DNA from: Gammaproteobacteria bacterium
Lineage (GTDB): Bacteria > Pseudomonadota > Gammaproteobacteria > Nitrosococcales > Methylophagaceae
Reading direction: 5' to 3'
NCBI GenBank assembly: GCA_029248745.1
Contig: JAQWIT010000004.1
Location: 20,792 to 84,791 of the forward strand
DNA: 64,000 nucleotides
Position 1 is the stretch's first letter. Every line of letters starts with the position of its first letter. Shown here in pieces: positions 57,360-64,000 of the stretch. Below the pieces are notes generated by a model. The model had not been told where the DNA came from and did not search any database. It saw nothing but the letters and a program-made list of their open reading frames with translations. The translations under genes and the position numbers were made by a program.

Positions 57360-57605
57360 ATGCCGTTATATGAATATCGTTGTGATACTTGCGAACATGA
57401 GTTCGAAGCGTTACAAAAGATGAGTGATGAAGCTTTGATTCATTGCCCAGCGTGTGATGAACCATCATTGAGAAAGCTTGTATCTGCAGCTGGTTTCCGC
57501 TTAAAAGGTGATGGCTGGTATGAAACGGACTTCAAAAGTAGTAACAAACGTAACTTAGCGGAAAGTGAGTCAAAATCATCAAAAAAGTCTAATGCTGCGG
57601 CATAA
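57360..57605 (+). CDS. FmdB-family zinc-ribbon protein
   Basis: MPLYEYRCDTCEHEFE...CPACD: CxxC...CxxC zinc ribbon; 81 aa. Confidence 0.8.
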   Translation: MPLYEYRCDTCEHEFEALQKMSDEALIHCPACDEPSLRKLVSAAGFRLKGDGWYETDFKSSNKRNLAESESKSSKKSNAAA

Positions 57606-57643
57606 GCTAACCAAGATGTGAATTGAAATAGTGAATAGTCATC

Positions 57644-58291
57644 ATGCGTAAATATATCATCGCGGGGCTGTTAGTCTGGATGCCATTGGGTATCACCTTC
57701 TTGGTGATTCGCGCGATCGTCGGTCTGCTAGATAGAACACTATTACTTCTGCCAGAGCCGTATCAACCTGATAATTTATTAGGGATGCATATTCCTGGCC
57801 TTGGCGTGTTGTTAGCGGCAATTTTAGTCCTTACAACGGGTATGATCGTCGCTAACTTTTTAGGAAAGCGGCTTGTTGTTTCATGGGAACATTTTTTAGC
57901 ACGGATTCCTTTAGTACGGTCGTTATATGCGGCAATTAAACAGATCATGGAAGCGGTGTTATCGACGGATGCACAGTCGTTTAGGAAAGTGTTATTAATT
58001 GAATACCCTCGTAAAGGTGTCTGGAGTTTAGCATTCTTAACATCAGATAATTTAGGTGAAGTACAAGCCAAGACGAGTAGTGAAGTCATCAGTGTCTTTA
58101 TACCTACGACACCAAATCCAACGTCGGGCTTCATTATTATGGTGCCAAAAGACGATGTGATTGAGTTAGATATGGCGGTCGAGGACGGGTTGAAAATGAT
58201 TATTTCACTCGGCGTTGCAGTACCACCATGGCAAAAAGACGAGTTGGTGGTAGAACGACAAGCAAATAAAATAACGCCTAATTCAGAATAA
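57644..58291 (+). CDS. DUF502 membrane protein
   Basis: Two N-terminal TM helices and the [10 protein letters not shown] motif typical of DUF502. Confidence 0.72.
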   Translation: MRKYIIAGLLVWMPLGITFLVIRAIVGLLDRTLLLLPEPYQPDNLLGMHIPGLGVLLAAILVLTTGMIVANFLGKRLVVSWEHFLARIPLVRSLYAAIKQIMEAVLSTDAQSFRKVLLIEYPRKGVWSLAFLTSDNLGEVQAKTSSEVISVFIPTTPNPTSGFIIMVPKDDVIELDMAVEDGLKMIISLGVAVPPWQKDELVVERQANKITPNSE

Positions 58292-58359
58292 AGCAGTGCC
58301 AATGTCAGCAAAGATGGGCATTGGGGAAGATTAATTTTAAGATAAACATAGGAAACAAC

Positions 58360-60144
58360 ATGCGTAGCCATTATTGCGGCGATGTGAATGAAACATTAGA
58401 AGCTCAGACAGTCACCGTGTCAGGTTGGATGCACCGTCGTCGTGATCATGGCGGTGTTATTTTTATTGATCTCCGCGATAGAGAAGGGCTCGTCCAAGTC
58501 GTTTGTAACCCAGAAGATGTTGAAAGCTTTGCTGTTGCTGAGCGAGTACGTAGTGAATATGTATTACAAATCACCGGTGAAGTTCGATTAAGACCTGCGG
58601 GTAGTGATAATGATGATTTGAAAAGCGGTAAAATTGAAATCGTCGCTAAAGAACTGACTATTTTAAATAGTTCTGAAACACCACCATTCCCATTACACGA
58701 GCAGGCAGAAGTCAGCGAAGATGTGCGTTTGCGTCATCGCTACATTGATTTGCGTCGTCCAGAAATGTTACAAAAATTACGATTTCGTTCGCAAATTACC
58801 AGTCGTCTTCGCAATTTCTTAGACGATAAAGGTTTCTTAGATATCGAGACGCCAATTTTAACGAAAGCGACACCAGAAGGCGCACGCGATTATCTTGTGC
58901 CAAGTCGTACTCATGCGGGTGATTTCTTTGCTCTGCCTCAATCACCCCAATTGTTCAAACAGCTATTGATGATCTCAGGAATGGACCGTTACTATCAGGT
59001 CGTTCGCTGTTTCCGAGATGAAGATTTACGTGCAGATAGACAACCTGAGTTTACGCAATTAGATATCGAAACATCATTTGTTGAAGAGCAAGATCTGATG
59101 GCATTGATGGAACAAATGATTCGTGAGCTGTTTGATAAAGTGTTAAATGTGTCATTACCTAATCCCTTCCCAAGAATGAGCTATGAAGAAGCCATGTCAC
59201 GTTTTGGGAGTGACAAACCCGATTTACGAATTGCGCTTGAATTAGTCGACGTAAATGATTTAATGAAATCAGTTGACTTCAAGGTTTTTTCAGGACCTGC
59301 AAATGATGAGAAAGGGCGTGTTGCTGCAATGAAAGTACCCAATGGCGTATCGCTCAGCCGTAAGGAAATTGACGATTACACGAAATACGTCAGTATCTAT
59401 GGTGCAAAAGGCTTAGCGTACATTAAGGTTAATGATATTGAGGCGGGAATCGCTGGCTTGCAATCTCCGATTTTAAAATTCTTGCCAAATGATGTTGTTG
59501 CATTAATTATGCAGAGAACAGGAGCGAAAACAGGGGATTTAGTCTTCTTTGGTGCCGATAAAGCACAGATTGTGAATGAAGCATTGGGTGCGCTTCGTGT
59601 CAAGTTAGGTCATGATTTAGAGATGATATCAGGTGATTGGCAGCCACTTTGGGTTGTTGACTTCCCCATGTTTGAATGGGATGACAAAGCAAATCGCTGG
59701 ACAGCATTACATCACCCCTTCACTGCACCACGTGAATCAGATTTAGCACTATTGGACTCAAACCCTGGCCAATGTTTATCCCGTGCCTATGACATGGTGC
59801 TTAACGGAACAGAGTTAGGGGGTGGTTCAATGCGTATCCACCAAGCAGATGTACAAAACAAAGTGTTCACGTTATTAGGTATTGATGAAGAACAAGCTAA
59901 TGAGAAGTTTGGTTTCTTACTGGACGCATTGAAATATGGTTGCCCGCCACATGGTGGCCTAGCATTCGGTTTAGATCGTTTAGCCATGTTGATGACAGAC
60001 TCAGCGTCAATTCGTGATGTGATGGCTTTCCCGAAAACACAATCAGCAAGTTGCCTATTAACCGATGCGCCGAGTGCTGTAAACGAGCGGCAATTGAAAG
60101 AATTGAATATTCGTTTACGTAAATCACCTGTGATTGCTGAGTAG
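58360..60144 (+). CDS. aspS: Aspartyl-tRNA synthetase
   Basis: [11 protein letters not shown]-terminus (start moved from 58321 to ATG 58360) and class II motifs ([26 protein letters not shown]). Confidence 0.96.
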   Translation: MRSHYCGDVNETLEAQTVTVSGWMHRRRDHGGVIFIDLRDREGLVQVVCNPEDVESFAVAERVRSEYVLQITGEVRLRPAGSDNDDLKSGKIEIVAKELTILNSSETPPFPLHEQAEVSEDVRLRHRYIDLRRPEMLQKLRFRSQITSRLRNFLDDKGFLDIETPILTKATPEGARDYLVPSRTHAGDFFALPQSPQLFKQLLMISGMDRYYQVVRCFRDEDLRADRQPEFTQLDIETSFVEEQDLMALMEQMIRELFDKVLNVSLPNPFPRMSYEEAMSRFGSDKPDLRIALELVDVNDLMKSVDFKVFSGPANDEKGRVAAMKVPNGVSLSRKEIDDYTKYVSIYGAKGLAYIKVNDIEAGIAGLQSPILKFLPNDVVALIMQRTGAKTGDLVFFGADKAQIVNEALGALRVKLGHDLEMISGDWQPLWVVDFPMFEWDDKANRWTALHHPFTAPRESDLALLDSNPGQCLSRAYDMVLNGTELGGGSMRIHQADVQNKVFTLLGIDEEQANEKFGFLLDALKYGCPPHGGLAFGLDRLAMLMTDSASIRDVMAFPKTQSASCLLTDAPSAVNERQLKELNIRLRKSPVIAE

Positions 60145-60159
60145 CAAATTTAAGGATTG

Positions 60160-60360
60160 ATGATGACTGAACAGCACAGCAATACCCCACCAGAACGGCG
60201 TTACGAAGTAAAACGTAGCGATTTGCCACTATCTTGTCCTATGCCATCAATGTCAGGTTGGGATGCACATCCACGTGTTTTTTTAGATATTGAGCAAAAG
60301 GGCGAAATTTTGTGTCCATATTGCGGGGCGTTATATGTGCTTGTTGATGGAGGAGCCTAA
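60160..60360 (+). CDS. Zinc-finger (zf-CHCC-like) small protein
   Basis: C-terminal CPYCG motif; about 66 aa. The start is uncertain (TTG 60157, ATG 60160 or ATG 60163). Confidence 0.55.
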   Translation: MMTEQHSNTPPERRYEVKRSDLPLSCPMPSMSGWDAHPRVFLDIEQKGEILCPYCGALYVLVDGGA

Positions 60361-60366
60361 AAGACT

Positions 60367-60762
60367 ATGGCATTGATCCATGTCGCTGTAGCAGTGATAG
60401 TGAATGAGCAAAAACAAGTACTCATTGCCTTGCGCCAAGCACATCAGCATCAGGGCAATTTGTGGGAATTCCCAGGAGGTAAAGTCGAGCTTGGGGAAAC
60501 AACAGAACTAGCACTAACAAGAGAAGTAAAAGAAGAGTTAGGCGTAGAGATAGCAAAGGCAACACCGCTGATTGAAATACGGCATGATTATCAAGACAAA
60601 TCAGTGTTATTGGACGTTTGGTCAACACGTTACTTCGAGGGCGAACCGAAAGGCTTAGAAGGACAAACAATAAAATGGTGTCCGATTGAAGCATTAACCG
60701 ATTTTGATTTTCCTGCTGCGAATCAAACCATCATAAAAGCCATACAGGCAACTGAATTTTAA
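60367..60762 (+). CDS. mutT: Nudix hydrolase, MutT-like 8-oxo-dGTP diphosphatase
   Basis: Nudix box GGKVELGETTELALTREVKEELG. Confidence 0.85.
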   Translation: MALIHVAVAVIVNEQKQVLIALRQAHQHQGNLWEFPGGKVELGETTELALTREVKEELGVEIAKATPLIEIRHDYQDKSVLLDVWSTRYFEGEPKGLEGQTIKWCPIEALTDFDFPAANQTIIKAIQATEF

Positions 60763-60771
60763 GGTAAGACG

Positions 60772-61848
60772 ATGAGTTTAGCTGAGAAAATACCACAGGC
60801 ACTGCAAACAAAAATTGATCACATTATTGATAATGTTGAACCGTCACCTTGGCTAAACAAACAGCAAAAAGCAGATTACATTGCCAAAATAAAGGCGCTA
60901 TTAATTGAAAAAAATGCGGTATTAATTGCACATTATTATGTTGAGGATGATCTACAAGCTTTAGCCGAGGTGACGGGGGGCTATGTCTCTGACTCTCTAG
61001 ATATGGCTAATTTTGGTGCCCAACATGAAGCCGATAAATTAGTGGTATGTGGTGTTAGGTTCATGGGCGAGACAGCTAAAATACTCAGTCCCGAAAAAAC
61101 GGTAATCATGCCAACATTAGAAGCTGAGTGTTCACTTGACTTAGGTTGCCCGATTGAAAAATTCAGCGCTTTTTGTGATCAATACCCAGATCATGAAGTT
61201 GTTGTTTACGCTAATACCAGTGTTGAAGTAAAAGCACGTGCAGACTGGATTGTGACATCGAGTAATGCCATCCAAATTATCGAACACATAACGGCACAAG
61301 GGAAAAAAATAATTTGGGGCCCAGATCGTCACTTAGGCCAATATATTAACAACAAGACCGGTGCAGAAATGGTGCTCTGGCAAGGGCATTGTGTTGTCCA
61401 TGACGAGTTTAAGTTACATGAACTCGAAGCATTGATAGTGCAGTACCCTGATGCGGATATTTTAGTGCATCCTGAATCACCCGAAGAGGTGATAGCCAAA
61501 GCAGACTTTGTCGGTTCGACAAAACAAATCATCGCTGCAGGGGAAAAGTCTACAGCAGATACCTTAATCATTGCGACTGATCATGGTCTGTTCTACAAAA
61601 TGAGTCAGGTCGTACCAAATAAACGCTTAATACCTGCTCCTACCGGTGATAAAAGTGCAACCTGTAAAAGTTGTGCCCATTGCCCTTGGATGGCAATGAA
61701 TACCTTGGTCAATCTTTATGAAGCTTTAAGAGACGAGACTGATACAATTGAAGTTGAGGAATCCGTGAGGGCGAAGGCACTCATCCCGTTGGATAGGATG
61801 ATTAATTTTTCACGTCAGCAAGGATTATTGACGGCCGGTGATGCCTAA
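60772..61848 (+). CDS. nadA: Quinolinate synthase
   Basis: 358 aa with NadA motifs (AHYY, VHPES, CxxC..CPWM). Confidence 0.94.
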   Translation: MSLAEKIPQALQTKIDHIIDNVEPSPWLNKQQKADYIAKIKALLIEKNAVLIAHYYVEDDLQALAEVTGGYVSDSLDMANFGAQHEADKLVVCGVRFMGETAKILSPEKTVIMPTLEAECSLDLGCPIEKFSAFCDQYPDHEVVVYANTSVEVKARADWIVTSSNAIQIIEHITAQGKKIIWGPDRHLGQYINNKTGAEMVLWQGHCVVHDEFKLHELEALIVQYPDADILVHPESPEEVIAKADFVGSTKQIIAAGEKSTADTLIIATDHGLFYKMSQVVPNKRLIPAPTGDKSATCKSCAHCPWMAMNTLVNLYEALRDETDTIEVEESVRAKALIPLDRMINFSRQQGLLTAGDA

Positions 61849-61854
61849 TACAGC

Positions 61855-62049
61855 CTAATGATAATCGAAGTGTTCGAGATCATCGGCTGAAGATTCTGGG
61901 GTTTGACTACCTGAGATATGGTGATTACCTTCAGCCCAGTCACCAAGATCTATTAACTTACAGCGTTCACTACAAAAAGGTTTCCATTGGGTAGTATCAT
62001 CCCAAGTAACCGGTTTTTGACATTGTGGACATTGAACAGTGGTCACCAT
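61855..62049 (-). CDS. yacG: DNA gyrase inhibitor YacG
   Basis: CPQC...FCSERCK zinc finger; 64 aa. Confidence 0.85.
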   Translation of the reverse strand: MVTTVQCPQCQKPVTWDDTTQWKPFCSERCKLIDLGDWAEGNHHISGSQTPESSADDLEHFDYH

Positions 62050-62058
62050 AATGTTGCC

Positions 62059-62871
62059 TTACATCGCACAGCAACTAAGTGAAAATAAAATATCATCGGT
62101 AGATTGTTGAGAGCGCTGTGCTAAATCAAATTGCATAAAACGTACAGTAAAGCGATGCTTGCCGCCACTAATTTCAGGGTAGTAAGGCACATTAGATGGA
62201 ATTTGAACGCGAATTAACTGATTTGGTTGATTACTATCTAAACTATGCTGATAAAAGCCAGCAACAGCAGTAGTAGAAACAAAGTGGGTACTTTCACGAA
62301 TCAAATGTAACGTAGTGTCAATAGCTGCACGGGGGCCAGAAAACTGTTCTAACCAGACTTGAATTTGACTTAGTCGTTCGGTATCGGAAGTGTGCTGTAA
62401 CCAAAAATGGTAACTTGGCAAATCAAAATCACAGGTGCCACCAGGGATGCTAGAACGCTGGCGAATACTGTATAAAAAGTCATTATCACGTAAGGCTTGC
62501 CCAATAGCGGTCTTTTTGACATGCAAGCTATCTAACACATGATCTAATTCAGTCAACAAATCATCCAATGCTTTACCATTCACACCAGGTGTATTCTCTA
62601 ATGCAGATAAAGTCGAAATTAGGCGCTCGAGCTCTTTAATGATTTCCGACTTTAAATCACTTCTTTCAAAGACAGACAAGATTTGTAACAGGTTATCGAT
62701 AGCATCCCTATTGCCTTGTTCTGAACTGCCCAAAAAAGCATTATCCACACGCGAGAAAAGAAACTCTAATCTCAAGAAAGTGCGTATCCGCTCATTGAGC
62801 GGTTGTTCGTAGATGATGTTATCAGTCACAGTTTTAGCATGGACTTTATAAGCAAAATTACTATTCTCCAT
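62059..62871 (-). CDS. zapD: Cell division protein ZapD
   Basis: YEQPLNERIRTFLRLEFLF N-terminus; lies between coaE and yacG. Confidence 0.85.
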   Translation of the reverse strand: MENSNFAYKVHAKTVTDNIIYEQPLNERIRTFLRLEFLFSRVDNAFLGSSEQGNRDAIDNLLQILSVFERSDLKSEIIKELERLISTLSALENTPGVNGKALDDLLTELDHVLDSLHVKKTAIGQALRDNDFLYSIRQRSSIPGGTCDFDLPSYHFWLQHTSDTERLSQIQVWLEQFSGPRAAIDTTLHLIRESTHFVSTTAVAGFYQHSLDSNQPNQLIRVQIPSNVPYYPEISGGKHRFTVRFMQFDLAQRSQQSTDDILFSLSCCAM

Positions 62872-62895
62872 GACAATACCTGAACTGGCAACTTT

Positions 62896-63495
62896 CTAGT
62901 CCTGCTTAGCTAGTTGCAAATAACGTTGATGAAGATGAAAAACTTGCTCTTTCAGGTGTGCAAGTTCAGTGTCATTTCGGATGACATCGTCAGCAATAGC
63001 CAGTCTATCAACCCGTGAGGACTGTTGGGATAAGATTGTGTGAGCCATCTCTAAGGATAGACTATCCCGCTTACACAGGCGTTGTTGCTGCAGCGTCTCT
63101 GGCGTATCTACCAAAATAATGCGATTTAATTGGTAGGATTGTTGGCTTTCAACTAACAGTGGGATGGCTAGGATGCAATAAGGTGATAGGCTCTCAGCGC
63201 TTCGCGAGATTAATACAGTGTGGATAGCGGGGTGTAGGATGTTTTCTAACGTGGCTTTAGCTTGCACATTAGAAAAAATATGTGTGCGAAGCTGTTGTCG
63301 ATTAAGAGTACGATCGGCTAATAAAAAATCGGTTCCAAAGTGTCCAAGTATTTGTTGATAACAAGGCGTACCAACGTTGACGAGTTCGCGCGCGATATCA
63401 TCTGCATCAAAAATATCAATACCGAGCTCAGAAAAAAACTGACAAACCGTTGTTTTACCACTAGCTATGCCGCCTGTAAGTCCTATCCTAAACAT
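62896..63495 (-). CDS. coaE: Dephospho-CoA kinase
   Basis: P-loop GLTGGIASGKT at the N-terminus. Confidence 0.92.
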   Translation of the reverse strand: MFRIGLTGGIASGKTTVCQFFSELGIDIFDADDIARELVNVGTPCYQQILGHFGTDFLLADRTLNRQQLRTHIFSNVQAKATLENILHPAIHTVLISRSAESLSPYCILAIPLLVESQQSYQLNRIILVDTPETLQQQRLCKRDSLSLEMAHTILSQQSSRVDRLAIADDVIRNDTELAHLKEQVFHLHQRYLQLAKQD

Positions 63496-63498
63496 ATC

Positions 63499-64000
63499 TT
63501 ACGAAAGCCCAGCCCATGCCAGGTACGCTAATTTAATTGGCTCGCCCCATATCAAGGCGATCCAACCTGCAGCGGCTAAATAAGGGCCAAAGGGAATGGG
63601 AATAATAGACTGATGACGTCGGAATAGCATTAAGCTAATGCCGATAATAGCACCGACCAGAGAGGAAAGCAGAATGATAGAAGGCAGCATGGACCATCCA
63701 AGCCAAGCACCTAAGGCGGCAAGTAACTTGAAGTCACCAAATCCCATGCCTTCCTTACCAGTAACCAATTTAAAAACTTGATAAACCGACCACAGCGAAA
63801 GGTAACCGGCGATGGCACCTATAACACTGGCTTCAAGCGAAGTATATCGGCCAAGTAAATTGAAGCTAATACCCAACCACAATAAAGGTAAGGTGATAGA
63901 ATCAGGTAATAACTGATGATCGACGTCAATGAAAGTCAGCGCGATCAGTGCCCATGTTAACAATAAAGCGCCAGCACAAGACCAATCAAAACCGAAATGA
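63499..64000 (-). CDS. pilD: Prepilin peptidase / N-methyltransferase PilD (partial, 5' end beyond the window)
   Basis: FIDVDHQLLPD and GFGDFKLLAALGAWLG motifs. The frame stays open to position 64000. Confidence 0.9.
   Translation of the reverse strand, partial: HFGFDWSCAGALLLTWALIALTFIDVDHQLLPDSITLPLLWLGISFNLLGRYTSLEASVIGAIAGYLSLWSVYQVFKLVTGKEGMGFGDFKLLAALGAWLGWSMLPSIILLSSLVGAIIGISLMLFRRHQSIIPIPFGPYLAAAGWIALIWGEPIKLAYLAWAGLS

Noticed and set aside
57763-58371. Long antisense or shadow ORFs in the track. Examples: 57763-58371 (202 aa) opposite DUF502/aspS, 26908-27285 opposite proB, 14171-14524 opposite crcB, 1027-1338 opposite dnaJ, and 44518-44856 opposite glyS.
   Set aside because: Each lies fully inside a strongly supported gene on the other strand. 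They have low-complexity or odd composition (Ser/Arg/Cys-rich) and no recognisable motifs, which is typical of shadow ORFs.

Overview
The window looks like core chromosome of a moderately AT-rich gammaproteobacterium. All calls below rest on my reading of the ORF translations and recall of family motifs; no database search was possible.

Gene content, in order:
- dnaK (3' end), dnaJ, dapB
- mrcB plus an LpoP-like lipoprotein
- a tkt-gap-pgk-pyk-fba carbon block
- crcB-DUF190, serS, trpS, rluB
- ispB followed by a ferredoxin-hpnD-hpnE squalene operon
- rplU-rpmA-obg-proB, rpsT, xthA-ampG
- ssb / MFS / uvrA
- gshB-apbE-tonB, glyQS-gmhB-plsC
- a tetrahydromethanopterin (H4MPT) C1 cluster: ATP-grasp, mtdB, beta-RFAP synthase, mtdA
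- gltX, sspAB, petABC, aspS, mutT, nadA, yacG-zapD-coaE-pilD

The H4MPT genes, the squalene genes and a VPLPA/PEP-CTERM-type tail suggest a methylotroph or methanotroph-like marine lineage. The sequence alone cannot prove this.

I found no CRISPR array, IS element, prophage, tRNA/rRNA gene or recognisable defence island, and I cannot point to a clear new multi-gene system.

The most unusual signal is a high density of disrupted accessory genes among intact housekeeping genes:
- a decayed PBP4/dacB-like gene
- a frameshifted GGDEF cyclase
- an AT-rich decayed islet holding a start-less PEGA lipoprotein
- a gene downstream of ampG with three in-frame TAA stops and no frameshift
- a fragmented VPLPA-CTERM protein
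- a deletion joining a response-regulator fragment to the first ~125 codons of htpX

Other items worth a second look are the ferredoxin-hpnD-hpnE-lipoprotein-SDR operon without hpnC, and a perfect 15-bp in-frame tandem duplication in mtdB.
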